Source: a virus
Lineage: Duplodnaviria > Caudoviricetes
DNA length: 63,484 nucleotides
Virus record (IMG/VR): IMGVR_UViG_3300018875_000006
Span: 1-63,484 of that record
Direction: 5' to 3' (one strand)
Part shown: piece after piece, positions 1 to 8,747 of the stretch
How the letters are laid out: the number at the start of each line of letters is the position of its first letter
Position numbering within the stretch: the stretch's first letter is position 1
Made by a program: the position numbers and the translations under genes
The notes under the pieces: model-generated
The model's database searches: none
What the model saw: the letters and a program-made list of their open reading frames with translations, nothing else
Told to the model about the DNA's origin: nothing

Positions 1-126
1 ACGTCTACACCGAATGGCGCGGCGGCACCTGCCGCGTGAAGTGGTGGACGGGCGAGTACCACGACGACGGCCGTAAGCGCTTCGAGTCCAAAGGCGGCTT
101 CACCGACGAGGACGAAGCCTACGACT
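1..126. repeat. Terminal direct repeat, copy 1 (circularisation/assembly overlap)
   Basis: 1-126 is identical to 63354-63479. Confidence 0.95.
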
Positions 127-1271
127 ACGGCCTCGACAAGATGGCGGAGATACGCCGCGGAGAGCACGTCTCCAACCGCGACGGCCGGACCCTCATGACG
201 GACTGGCTCGACGACTGGCTCGAGGCCATGGACCACGCCCATCTCACCGAACGCGGCTACCGGTCCGTCATCGAAAACCACATCCGCCCGTACTTCAAGA
301 AGCGGAACACCGCCGTCGCCGACATCGACGTCCTCGCCTACCGCGCGTTCCGCAAGCACATCAACAGCGTCCTCAAGCCGGGCAGCGCCAAGAACGTGAT
401 GATGGTCCTCGGCATGGTCCTCGACGACGCCGTGCCCCGCCTCATCAAGACCTCCCCTGTCGAACGGACCAGGCGGCGCGGCAAGTTCACGAGGAAGCCG
501 AAGGAGCGCAAGAAGGACGTCTCCGAAGAGGCTGTCGAGCAGCTCGCGGTGAACGCCCGTACCTTCTTCGGCAGCGAATCCGGCTACGTCTTCATGTGGA
601 CCATGGCGATGACCGGCATGAGGCCGGCCGAGCTCTACGGGCTGACGCGCGAGTACTGCTACCCGAACTGGCCTGCCACCGACCCGCGGCCGGACCCCGA
701 GGAAGAGCCGCGCTACGACGAGGATCTCGAACGCTACGGCAAGGGCGAGGGTCTGATGCCCGCGATCCGCGTGGAGCGCCAGGTGCAGTACGCGGATTCG
801 GAGCTGAGCTTCTTCCCTCCGAAATACGAGAGTTACCGGACCTTGGTGGTGCCGCCGTTTCTGGCGGGCATGCTTGAGCAGCTGCTGGCCTCGCACGACA
901 GCCGCTGGGTTTTCCCGGCCATCCAGGGCGGGAGCCTGGGCGCGATCAACTTCGACTACGCGTACTGGCGGCCGATCGCGGACGGCGCCGACGCGAGACA
1001 GGGACCGCGCGTGAGGAAGCCGCGCCCGGCTATGCCCCCGGTCCCCACGTTTGCTGGGAAGCGGCTGTACCTCCTGCGCCATGCCCACAAGGCGTGGCTG
1101 GACGAGGACGGCCACAGCAAGTACGCGGTCGAGACCCGGATGGGGCACGAGGTGCAGGGCGTTGAGGGGACGTACAGCAGCTTGACCGTGGCGATGGAGC
1201 GTGCCTTCATGAAGACACTGCAGGAGCGCTGGGAGCGCCTGCAGGAGCGCCTTGGGCGGGCTGGGGCCTGA
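1..1271 (+). CDS. int: Tyrosine integrase (3' part; gene starts at 63335 across the circular junction)
   Basis: TGMRPAEL, YLLRHAHK, MGH...Y catalytic motifs; N-terminal arm-binding region; in frame with ATG 63335. Confidence 0.93.
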   Translation, partial: VYTEWRGGTCRVKWWTGEYHDDGRKRFESKGGFTDEDEAYDYGLDKMAEIRRGEHVSNRDGRTLMTDWLDDWLEAMDHAHLTERGYRSVIENHIRPYFKKRNTAVADIDVLAYRAFRKHINSVLKPGSAKNVMMVLGMVLDDAVPRLIKTSPVERTRRRGKFTRKPKERKKDVSEEAVEQLAVNARTFFGSESGYVFMWTMAMTGMRPAELYGLTREYCYPNWPATDPRPDPEEEPRYDEDLERYGKGEGLMPAIRVERQVQYADSELSFFPPKYESYRTLVVPPFLAGMLEQLLASHDSRWVFPAIQGGSLGAINFDYAYWRPIADGADARQGPRVRKPRPAMPPVPTFAGKRLYLLRHAHKAWLDEDGHSKYAVETRMGHEVQGVEGTYSSLTVAMERAFMKTLQERWERLQERLGRAGA

Positions 1272-1272
1272 C

Positions 1273-1511
1273 TCATTTCCCACTCGTTTCCCACCGGGTA
1301 GGGGGGAACCGGGGAGGTAGCAGGTCAGGGGCGAACTGAGCCCTAATCCCCCAACTTCCAGATGAAGTTGGTCTGCCATTTTCGCCCGCTGTCGTGACCT
1401 GCGCCTGCCGTCTCGGGTATGCCGCTGACCAGCAAGGAAGCCGTTCGAGGTCACTCACGTGTACTCATGTGTAAGCATGTGTGCGCATGATCATTTCCCA
1501 TTCGTTTCCCA
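1273..1511. other. Putative attP: arm-type repeats, core palindrome and phased 10-bp repeats
   Basis: TCATTTCCCA(C/T)TCGTTTCCCA at 1273 and 1491; CCAACTTC-CAGAT-GAAGTTGG at 1351-1371; 10-bp period repeats at 1451-1490; directly downstream of int. Confidence 0.7.
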
Positions 1512-1911
1512 GTGGCAGACTGTCCTTGCGGGCGATGCACACATAGGCGCCGGGCCCGGCTCCCTTGGGACGCCCCTGGAGGCGATGCGAGAGCCGGGCC
1601 CGGCTTATATGCGGGTGCCCCGTGGACCGCAGGACGGCACACGGTTACCCCGTTCGAGAGCCGCTGGCCGAGGCCATGGGCCCCCAGGCCCACTTCAGGG
1701 CCGGTGGGGTATCCCGGCCGAGAAGTGCACCCAACGAGGCTGCAACTCGGAAGTCGCAGCCTCGAAGCTCGGAGAGGCGCTGGCATATGCCAAGGAGGCA
1801 GGAGGGTCATACCCGCGCAGGTGAAGCGGTCACACCCGTCCGACACCTTGGTCGAAAAATGCCTCAGATCTGCTGCTGACTTATGATCATGGTCGATAAA
1901 GCGTTGGCCGG

Positions 1912-2142
1912 GTGCCAGCCGATCAACCGCAGTGGATCCTCGACGCCCACCAGGGTGTCGGCGACCGCATTCGCGTGCGGCGGCTGCAGCAGGGCATGAC
2001 CCAGGAATCCCTCGCTTACGCCAGCGGCCTGGACCGATCGACGATCCAGCGCATGGAGGCCGGCGCCGAGATGAAACTCAGCCATCTGCTGCACGTTGCG
2101 CACGCGCTGAGGATCCACGTCACTGACCTCCTTCACGGCTGA
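1912..2142 (+). CDS. XRE-family HTH regulator
   Basis: IRVRRLQQGMTQESLAYASGLDRSTIQRMEAG HTH pattern. Confidence 0.88.
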   Translation: MPADQPQWILDAHQGVGDRIRVRRLQQGMTQESLAYASGLDRSTIQRMEAGAEMKLSHLLHVAHALRIHVTDLLHG

Positions 2143-2283
2143 CGGCGCCCCCGGCCGCTTCCTGACCGGGCGCATAGACCCAGAGTCAACACCACGTCAC
2201 GCTGCGACGGAAGTGTGCCGGGGGCATATATCTGCACGGAAGCTGTACACCCTATGACGCTCCACACATGCCCTGGCCTGGGC

Positions 2284-2460
2284 TTAGGCGTTCCTGACCT
2301 TGGGCGCCTGGCCCCCGTGGCAGCCATGCCCGCACCGCAGCAGAGGCACCGCTGGCCCGCCGCCCGCTTTGAGGTCGACGTTGCCGTGGCAGTGGCCGCA
2401 CTGCCCGAGGCTGCACGCGCCAGAGACGTCCTCGTCGGCCCGTGCCGCAGCCCGGGTCAC
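2284..2460 (-). CDS. Small Cys/His-rich hypothetical protein (58 aa)
   Basis: GTG 2460 overlaps the upstream TGA (GTGA); CSLGQCGHCHG...CGHGCH. Confidence 0.55.
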   Translation of the reverse strand: MTRAAARADEDVSGACSLGQCGHCHGNVDLKAGGGPAVPLLRCGHGCHGGQAPKVRNA

Positions 2461-2636
2461 AGGACGCCCCGCAGGCCGGCCGGGCTCTGGGCCGGGCACA
2501 CGTAGACGCCCTCCGCCGCGCCGCTGGGCGCCAGTCGCTCTCCGATGCGGATGGGCTGGTGCTCGGTGCAGCCGCAGCAGCAGGTGTCGGGTGCGGTGGT
2601 CTGGCGTTCGGGGCCAGGGTCCGTAGGCTCGTCCAC
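2457..2636 (-). CDS. Small Cys-rich hypothetical protein (59 aa, not in ORF track)
   Basis: GAGGAG RBS then GTG; VDEPTDPGPERQTTAPDTCCCGCTEHQPIRIG... Confidence 0.55.
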   Translation of the reverse strand: MDEPTDPGPERQTTAPDTCCCGCTEHQPIRIGERLAPSGAAEGVYVCPAQSPAGLRGVL

Positions 2637-2799
2637 GTCGACGCTCCTCAGCAGCGTGGGCCATGCCCCCGGGCCGCGGGCCAGCGGTCGCGGGGGTCCT
2701 GCAATTGCAGGCTAGCTGCACTTGTATCGCCCTGTCTCGCTACGTGTCGATACGTAGCTCGCGGTGCTGACCTGTAGGGGCTTGCCTAGCGTCGAGATC

Positions 2800-3066
2800 A
2801 TGGCCATGGATCCAGACGCTGAGATCGACCACGAGGGCCCGGTCACGCCGTACCGGCAGCTCGCCGAGATCCTGAAGGCGCGGATTGCGCGCGGGGACTG
2901 GGCGGAGGGCCGGCCGATCGCGTCCGAGACGCGGCTGGTGCAGGAGTACGGGCTGGCCCGGACGACGGTGCGACGCGCGATCGCGGTGCTCGTCGAGGAG
3001 GGCGTGGTGTGGACGGTGCAGGGCCGCGGCACCTACGTGGGGCAACCGCCCGCGGGGAACTCGTAG
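2800..3066 (+). CDS. GntR-family winged-HTH regulator
   Basis: YRQLAEILKARI...SETRLVQEYGLARTTVRRAIAVLVEEGVV...GRGTYV. Confidence 0.92.
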   Translation: MAMDPDAEIDHEGPVTPYRQLAEILKARIARGDWAEGRPIASETRLVQEYGLARTTVRRAIAVLVEEGVVWTVQGRGTYVGQPPAGNS

Positions 3067-3098
3067 CCGCTGTCAGACCCGCGCCCTAGAATCGCGGC

Positions 3099-3275
3099 AT
3101 GATCCCCTCTCCCCCGCCCGAGGCCGCGCGGCCTGCCGAGGTTGTGCAGGCGGAGATCCGTGCGCTGATGCGGGAGACGGGCGGCTGGCTGTGGGGGCCG
3201 ACCCGGGCCCGGTATGAGCAGCTGCGGGACGAGTGGGTGCGCGCGATGCACGGGGAGATGGCTCCCGCGGCGTGA
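3099..3275 (+). CDS. Small hypothetical protein (58 aa, not in ORF track)
   Basis: MIPSPPPEAARPAEVVQAEIRALMRETGGWLWGPTRARYEQLRDEWVRAM...; GC3-rich codons. Confidence 0.6.
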   Translation: MIPSPPPEAARPAEVVQAEIRALMRETGGWLWGPTRARYEQLRDEWVRAMHGEMAPAA

Positions 3276-3302
3276 TCACTTTGCGGGCACCCGCAAAGTG
3301 AT
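3275..3302. promoter_or_regulatory. Perfect 13-bp-arm palindrome (operator candidate)
   Basis: ATCACTTTGCGGG-CA-CCCGCAAAGTGAT just upstream of the HTH gene at 3312. Confidence 0.6.
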
Positions 3303-3311
3303 ACCTGCGGC

Positions 3312-4157
3312 GTGACAGCAGCCCGCCCCGGTGCATCACGCCGGGGCGGGACCAGCAGCAGCAACCCGACTTGTCTCGGGATGCTAGGTGTCTCCACTGT
3401 ACGGGCGGCCACTGACAATGCGTCTTGGGCGAACCTCTTGCGCTACGCCGTCGCCGCGGAAGAGGAAATCGAGAGGCTGCTCGGGCTGCCGTCCCAGGGC
3501 GGCGGCTACTTCGACGAGGACACTCAGGGCTTCTCCGACACAGACCTGATCGGCGTGTGGGACCTAGACGGAGCCGTCAACGGCCAGGAGGCCAGCGAGT
3601 ACGGTATTACCGCCGACACCACCGACGCCCGGCTCGATGAGATCGAGCAGACGATCCTCGACGACCTCCAGAAGTGCGGTGAGCACCCGGTTGTCGTTTG
3701 TCCCGGCCTGGACGACTACCTCAAGGAACTGCGGGACAACTTGGCGGACGAAGACCCGCTGACCCCGGCCGAACTGCGGATCGCCCGCGAGTACCTGGGG
3801 CTGACGGGCGACAAGATGGCGGAGAAGCTGGGCGTGAACCCGCGCACGCTGCGTTCCTGGGAGCAGGGCCGTGACCCGATTCCCGGCCGCATCCGTCCGG
3901 AGATCGCCGAGATGAAGGCCGCTACAGACGCCGCTGTCGCGAAGCTGGTTGCCAGCCTGGAGGATTCGGACGACGACACGCTGCTCACCTACCGCACCGA
4001 TGACGAGTACAAGGCCGGGGTGAGCGGCACCAGCTGGTCGGAGGGCTGGCACGGTTGGTCGGCGTCTTGGCACCGGCAGGTCTGCGCCCGGGCCGCAGCC
4101 CAGACCGGGGCGCGCATCGACTACGCCGAGACCGAGGAAGACGAGTCCACCGACTGA
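3312..4157 (+). CDS. Acidic N-terminal domain fused to an XRE-type HTH (DUF1870/Aca2-YdiL-like); start uncertain (3312 or 3381)
   Basis: LTPAELRIAREYLGLTGDKMAEKLGVNPRTLRSWEQGRDPIP; D/E-rich N-terminal half. Confidence 0.72.
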   Translation: MTAARPGASRRGGTSSSNPTCLGMLGVSTVRAATDNASWANLLRYAVAAEEEIERLLGLPSQGGGYFDEDTQGFSDTDLIGVWDLDGAVNGQEASEYGITADTTDARLDEIEQTILDDLQKCGEHPVVVCPGLDDYLKELRDNLADEDPLTPAELRIAREYLGLTGDKMAEKLGVNPRTLRSWEQGRDPIPGRIRPEIAEMKAATDAAVAKLVASLEDSDDDTLLTYRTDDEYKAGVSGTSWSEGWHGWSASWHRQVCARAAAQTGARIDYAETEEDESTD

Positions 4158-4180
4158 CCAGTTCCGCCTGAAGAAATGGT

Positions 4181-4211
4181 GAGGCCCCACCCGGTGTCGG
4201 GTGGGGCCTTC
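4181..4211 (+). terminator. Intrinsic terminator-like hairpin
   Basis: GAGGCCCCACCCG-GTGT-CGGGTGGGGCCTT after stop 4157. Confidence 0.7.
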
Positions 4212-4599
4212 GACCCCCGCGGCGGCGGGGAGCAGTACTTCACGCCCCTGGAATCTGGGCCATCCCCACTACGGTGGGGACCCGCTGTCATGTCGTCATG
4301 AGCATCGGGGACATCCCCGCCAGTGCGGGGAGCAACCGCCGGTTTCCCGGCGGCCAGACCACTATGGCACGACCCACTGACTGTCCGCAGAGAAACGCGT
4401 AACAGGGGGGCGCCGGCCTCCCGTGGGGAGCCGGGAGGCGCGGCGGGCCCTGCCGTCCGCAGCAGACGGCAGGGCCCAGCGAGGGGGACCACCCGGGGGG
4501 CGGTGATCCCGTGCGCACCACCATGCACCACATCCAGCCACGGCGGAAGATATCGGCCACGGGAATCTGGCAGCCGAGTCCGGCGAACGGCTGCGGAGT

Positions 4600-4630
4600 T
4601 ACCGCAGATAGCGGCACACTATCTGCGGTA
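4600..4630. other. lox/dif-like recombination site candidate
   Basis: TACCGCAGATAG-CGGCACA-CTATCTGCGGTA (12-7-12); extra half-site CTATCTGCGATA at 4685-4696. Confidence 0.65.
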
Positions 4631-4710
4631 GCAGCGGAGGCGGCCTGGAGGAACGGGCCCGCCGGAGGCTACCGACTCGGGAAACTATCTGCGATAGACG
4701 AGGGGACTCC

Positions 4711-5634
4711 TTGGGAACCGTCCACGCCCTGCCCGCCCGCACCACCGCCCCGGCGCTGCGCGACGCCGCCGCCACCTACCTTGCGACCATCGCCGACGCC
4801 GCCACCGCCCGCACCTACCGCGTCGTCCTCGACCGGCTCACCGCCCACTACGGGCCCGACGCCGGCGTCGACGCGGTCGCCGACCCGGACCGGCTCGCCG
4901 CCTGGTTCACCGATCAGTGGGGCAGCTCGGCGCCGCGCACCTGGAACACGCGCATGAACGCCCTGCACTCGGCGACCGGCTACTGGCGACAGCAGGGCTG
5001 GCTCGTCGACGACCCGACCGTGCGGCTGCGGATGCGCCCCACCCCCGCGGACCGCGACCGCGCGCTCAGCCGCGACCAGGTGCAGGCCTTGCTCGGCGAC
5101 AAGGCACCCGCGCTGCGCGATCGCGTGCTCTGGCACCTGCTGTACGAGACCGCGGCCCGCGCCGAGGAAGCCCTGCGCCTGAACGTGCTCGACCTCGACA
5201 TGCCGGCCCGGACCGCGCGCACCCGCCGCAAGGGCGGCGCCCGGGACGTCATCGCCTGGCAGACCGGAACCGCGCGGCTCCTCCCCCGCCTGCTGTCCGG
5301 GCGCCGCTCGGGCCCGGTGTTCCTCACCGAGCGGCGGGCCCGGCCGTCCGTGGCCGTCGCCGACGTCGACCCGACGACCGGCTGCGCGCGCCTGTCGTAC
5401 CGGCGGGCCGCGGAGCTGTTCGAGGAACACACCGAGCGCGTCCTGGGCGAGAAGGCCACGCTCCACCAGCTGCGGCACTCCGCGCTGACCCACGCGGCGG
5501 AGGACGGGGCCAGCACGCCGATGCTGATGGCGCTGTCCGGGCACACGTCGGTGCGTTCGCTGGCGAAGTACGCGCGGCCGTCCGCGGAGGCGCTCGCGCG
5601 CTGGCAGGCTGAGCGCGACCCGGCCCGGCGATAG
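4711..5634 (+). CDS. Second tyrosine recombinase (XerC/Cre-like, no arm-binding domain)
   Basis: LYETAARAEE, RRKGG, LHQLRHS, SGH...Y motifs; 307 aa. Confidence 0.9.
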   Translation: MGTVHALPARTTAPALRDAAATYLATIADAATARTYRVVLDRLTAHYGPDAGVDAVADPDRLAAWFTDQWGSSAPRTWNTRMNALHSATGYWRQQGWLVDDPTVRLRMRPTPADRDRALSRDQVQALLGDKAPALRDRVLWHLLYETAARAEEALRLNVLDLDMPARTARTRRKGGARDVIAWQTGTARLLPRLLSGRRSGPVFLTERRARPSVAVADVDPTTGCARLSYRRAAELFEEHTERVLGEKATLHQLRHSALTHAAEDGASTPMLMALSGHTSVRSLAKYARPSAEALARWQAERDPARR

Positions 5635-5706
5635 GGCATGTTATCGAGAGCTGAGAGGCCCAACTCCGCGAGTTGCCCGAGCCGTTCAACGCTCCGTAAA
5701 GGCAGC

Positions 5707-5750
5707 CTTGACACACCCCCTTGACGGTAATTCTTGACTTGCTACCTTGA
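5707..5750 (+). promoter_or_regulatory. Promoter with four CTTGA repeats at 13-bp spacing
   Basis: CTTGA at 5707, 5720, 5733, 5746; TTGACG (5721) and TACCTT (5743) precede ATG 5755. Confidence 0.55.
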
Positions 5751-5754
5751 ATGC

Positions 5755-5925
5755 ATGACGACGACCGAGAGTCAGATCCGCACGGCCGCCCTCAATGAGG
5801 CGATCGAGGCGGCACGCGGCGAGTACCTGCACGACGAGACCGGCACCCCGGAGGACGAGGCGTACAACCAAGCCGTGTCCGACGTCGTTGCCGCGATCGG
5901 CGCGCTGCTGGAGGGCGGGAAGTGA
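5755..5925 (+). CDS. Small hypothetical protein
   Basis: MTTTESQIRTAALNEAIEAARGE...; GTGA overlap with next gene. Confidence 0.7.
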   Translation: MTTTESQIRTAALNEAIEAARGEYLHDETGTPEDEAYNQAVSDVVAAIGALLEGGK

Positions 5926-6224
5926 GCAAGCCCCGCCTCCTGCCCACCGGCAACTGCTGGTGCGGCTGCGGAAAGGAAGTCGGCCTCGGAAAGTTCTTCG
6001 CCCAAGGCCACGACAAGACCGCAGAGTCCGCGCTGATTGCACTGAACTACGAAGGCAGTGTTCCGCACTTCCTCCACGCCCATGGGTACGGCCCTCAGCA
6101 CTCCGTTACCGGAGACGCCGTCGACAAGGCGGGCTGGCAGGAGTGCGTCTGCGGGTATCGGGGCGCCCCAGACAGTATTCGACGGCACCAAAAAAAGAGC
6201 GGCCACAGCGGCCTGGCGGAGTGA
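5922..6224 (+). CDS. Cys/His-rich hypothetical protein (putative Zn-binding)
   Basis: CWCGCG...GHD and C-terminal CVCG...HQ. Confidence 0.78.
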   Translation: MSKPRLLPTGNCWCGCGKEVGLGKFFAQGHDKTAESALIALNYEGSVPHFLHAHGYGPQHSVTGDAVDKAGWQECVCGYRGAPDSIRRHQKKSGHSGLAE

Positions 6225-6284
6225 GCCGCCTAACATGACGAAGCGCCCCCGCTCCCCTGCCGAGGCAGAGGTGCGGGGGCGTTG

Positions 6285-6443
6285 TCACGCGGGTTCATCG
6301 TCGGGCGGCCAGTCCGGCTCCAGGAAGGGGTTGGTGGCCGGCGCTGGCACGGGCGGCGGTTCCACCCGGCCGAGCTGGATGAGGGACCGCATGTCGGCCG
6401 CGGTGTCATCGCGGCGCGGCTGCAGCGGAATGGGTTCGGGCAT
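6285..6443 (-). CDS. Small Pro-rich hypothetical protein (52 aa, not in ORF track)
   Basis: AGGAGG RBS; MPEPIPLQPRRDDTAADMRSLIQLG... Confidence 0.6.
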   Translation of the reverse strand: MPEPIPLQPRRDDTAADMRSLIQLGRVEPPPVPAPATNPFLEPDWPPDDEPA

Positions 6444-6451
6444 CTCGCCTC

Positions 6452-7174
6452 CTACGGATATTCGCGCCGGCTGGGGTCAAGTCCGGCAGCGAGCGGGTCG
6501 GGTAGGTCGGGCCCGGGGTCCCCGGTCTGGCGGCATGTGTAGCGGGTGGAGCCGTCGCTATCGGGGGTGCACTCGTAGGTAGCGCCTCGGTACTCGAATG
6601 TCCAGCTCGACGGCGGCGACCCGGCCGGTCCTGGCTCGCCGCGCTCACCCTGCGGGCCCTGCGGTCCGGCGGGTCCTGGCTCTCCCGGGGATCCGGGATC
6701 TCCGGGCGGTCCGGGCGGTCCGGGTTCGCCGTCGGCGCCGTCCGCTCCTGGAGCTCCGTCGGATCCGGGCGCGCCGGACGCCCCCGGCGATCCAGGGGCG
6801 CCATCCTCCCCTGCTGATCCAGATGGACCGGGCGGTCCGGACCGCCCAGGTGAGCCGGACGGCCCCGGTGATCCCGGCTCGCCCGACACCCCGGGATCAC
6901 CCGGCTCCCCCGGGTCGCCCTTCGGTCCACGCACGGACTCGCCTGGCTCGCCGCGGGATCCGGGCGGGCCTGCGATCGGTGTGCCACCAAGCCGCTCGAC
7001 CTGCGTGGCCAGCGCGTCCCGGGCCTCGTTGGCAGTGCGCAAGTCGCCCGACAGCAGCACCACTTGGATGGCGAGCCAGCCGAGGAAGGCGACGACGAGG
7101 ACAGCGGTGAGGGCGATAAGCCATTCGGCGCGCGGCAGCCGAAGGGCGCGGCGCTTCTTGCGGAGGCCGATCAC
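6452..7174 (-). CDS. Membrane-anchored collagen-like protein of the lysis cassette
   Basis: N-terminal TM helix, coiled coil, long Gly-X-Y run, C-terminal Cys pair. Confidence 0.85.
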   Translation of the reverse strand: MIGLRKKRRALRLPRAEWLIALTAVLVVAFLGWLAIQVVLLSGDLRTANEARDALATQVERLGGTPIAGPPGSRGEPGESVRGPKGDPGEPGDPGVSGEPGSPGPSGSPGRSGPPGPSGSAGEDGAPGSPGASGAPGSDGAPGADGADGEPGPPGPPGDPGSPGEPGPAGPQGPQGERGEPGPAGSPPSSWTFEYRGATYECTPDSDGSTRYTCRQTGDPGPDLPDPLAAGLDPSRREYP

Positions 7175-7521
7175 TTCTCCACCACCGCCCAGATCGCGAT
7201 CGCCGCCGACAGCAGTCCTATCAGCACCGGCACGATGAGCTGGTACAGGCGGGCCTGCCGCTCCCGCTCACGCCGGTCGCGTTCGTCGCGCTGATACTGC
7301 TCGAACGCGTTCTCCAACGCCTCGTTGGCGTCCTTGGCCTTCTGGAGCTCCTGGCTCAGCTGGTTGATGCGCTGGTCGGTGTAGGCGGACTGGAGGGCAT
7401 ACACCTCGGTGGAGACGACTTTGTCGAGGCGGGCGTTGATGCCCTGCCCCATCGCCTGGACCTCGTGACGGAGGGCCGCGACCGCGCGACCGAGCTCGCC
7501 GACGCTCAGGTCGTCGGTCAC
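7171..7521 (-). CDS. Coiled-coil membrane protein of the lysis cassette
   Basis: Coiled coil plus C-terminal TM helix; lies between holin and collagen gene. Confidence 0.8.
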   Translation of the reverse strand: MTDDLSVGELGRAVAALRHEVQAMGQGINARLDKVVSTEVYALQSAYTDQRINQLSQELQKAKDANEALENAFEQYQRDERDRRERERQARLYQLIVPVLIGLLSAAIAIWAVVEK

Positions 7522-7534
7522 GTGCTACTCCGAT

Positions 7535-7882
7535 TCAGATGCCCCGCGGACCGGCAGGCGAGTTGGCCGGGGACACCTGGCCGCGGGTGAGGAGGCCGAG
7601 CGCGGCGAGGACGACCGCGTTGAGGGCGCCGATCTTCTCCGGGTCGAGCTCCAGGCCGTATGCGGCGAGGAGCGCGGCCACGGCGGCGACCAGGCCGGTG
7701 AACGCGCTGGGCGCGATGGGCCGGGTCACGGCCGCGGTGGCCGCGGCGAACACCGCGGAGATGACGGCGACGATCGCGCCAGCCTGCTCGGCGGACAGGC
7801 CGAACCCGAACGTGACGAGCAGGGACAGGCCGGCCGAGATGGTGGCGATGAGAAGAGCAGGCTCTCTGCCGAAGATGCGCAT
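7535..7882 (-). CDS. Putative holin
   Basis: MRIFGREPA..., about four hydrophobic helices; TGATG overlap with endolysin. Confidence 0.8.
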   Translation of the reverse strand: MRIFGREPALLIATISAGLSLLVTFGFGLSAEQAGAIVAVISAVFAAATAAVTRPIAPSAFTGLVAAVAALLAAYGLELDPEKIGALNAVVLAALGLLTRGQVSPANSPAGPRGI

Positions 7883-8685
7883 CAGGACTCCTTCTGTGTG
7901 GCGGCCCGCAGCTGGGCGACCTCGGCACGGAGGGCTTCGAGCTGGCGGAGGATGGCGGTGGTGTCCTCGGCGGCGGCGCGGGCGTACCCGTAGGTCGAGC
8001 CGAGCGCCGTGTTCACCGTGATCGTCTTGTCGGCGAGGCCCTTGTCGTCGGGCCAGCGGGCGGGCAGCCAGCTGCCCAGCTTGACGTGGTCGCCGAGGTC
8101 CATGCCGGTCTCCTGCGCGGTCGAGGGGGTGTTGGGGCTCGGCGCGGGTACGGGGCTGCCCTTTGCGCGGGCGACGATGCCCGGGACCACGACCTCCCGG
8201 AACTGGCGGATGCGGGCCGCGCCCGGGCACGCGGTCCCGCCCGTAGACCACTGGGGGAAGAGGCTGTGGTAGCCGAACCCGGGGTCGTCGTGGCTGCGGC
8301 AGATCCGCAGGGGGATGCTGTGCCGCTGGTGCATCCACACACCGAGGCGGATCAGCTGCTCAATCTGCTCGGGCGTCCACGGGTCCGAGGCCTTCGTGTT
8401 GGACGCGGTCTCGATCGACACGGCGCCCGTGCCGTCCGGCCGACGGTTGGCGCCGGCGTTGGCGTCAGCGCGGGTCTCGGTGCCGATGTACTGGCCGAGC
8501 GATCCGTCGTAGTCCAGACCGAAGTGCGACTCCAGGTTGGTGCTGTCGCGCCAGTAGGCGTAGATCCGCTTTTCGTCCCACGGTGCGACGACCGAGTGGA
8601 CGATGAACTGCGTGGGTCGGATCGCGGGCTGCGCGTCCGACTCGGGCTGCAACTCCATGCGGGTGGCGCCGGGGTACCAGGCCAT
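7882..8685 (-). CDS. Endolysin, N-acetylmuramoyl-L-alanine amidase type
   Basis: IVHS, SHF, SIET, GYH, TACPG Zn-amidase motifs. Confidence 0.9.
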   Translation of the reverse strand: MAWYPGATRMELQPESDAQPAIRPTQFIVHSVVAPWDEKRIYAYWRDSTNLESHFGLDYDGSLGQYIGTETRADANAGANRRPDGTGAVSIETASNTKASDPWTPEQIEQLIRLGVWMHQRHSIPLRICRSHDDPGFGYHSLFPQWSTGGTACPGAARIRQFREVVVPGIVARAKGSPVPAPSPNTPSTAQETGMDLGDHVKLGSWLPARWPDDKGLADKTITVNTALGSTYGYARAAAEDTTAILRQLEALRAEVAQLRAATQKES

Positions 8686-8747
8686 AGCGGCTCCAGAAAC
8701 GGGAGAAGCCCCGGGCCGGGCGGCGCGGAGCGGAGGGCAGGGCGGGG

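Noticed and set aside
1-126. Terminal repeat as biological attL/attR or virion terminal repeat
   Set aside because: It falls inside the integrase coding sequence and its length is typical of an assembler overlap; best read as circularity
1459-1886. Overlapping ORFs right of attP
   Set aside because: No RBS, motif or codon-bias support for any one frame
4212-4599. ORFs between the terminator and the recombinase palindrome
   Set aside because: Arg/Pro/Gly-rich low-information translations; treated as non-coding or degenerate
6620-6970. 9-bp-period GC-rich DNA repeats
   Set aside because: Explained by Gly-X-Y collagen codons
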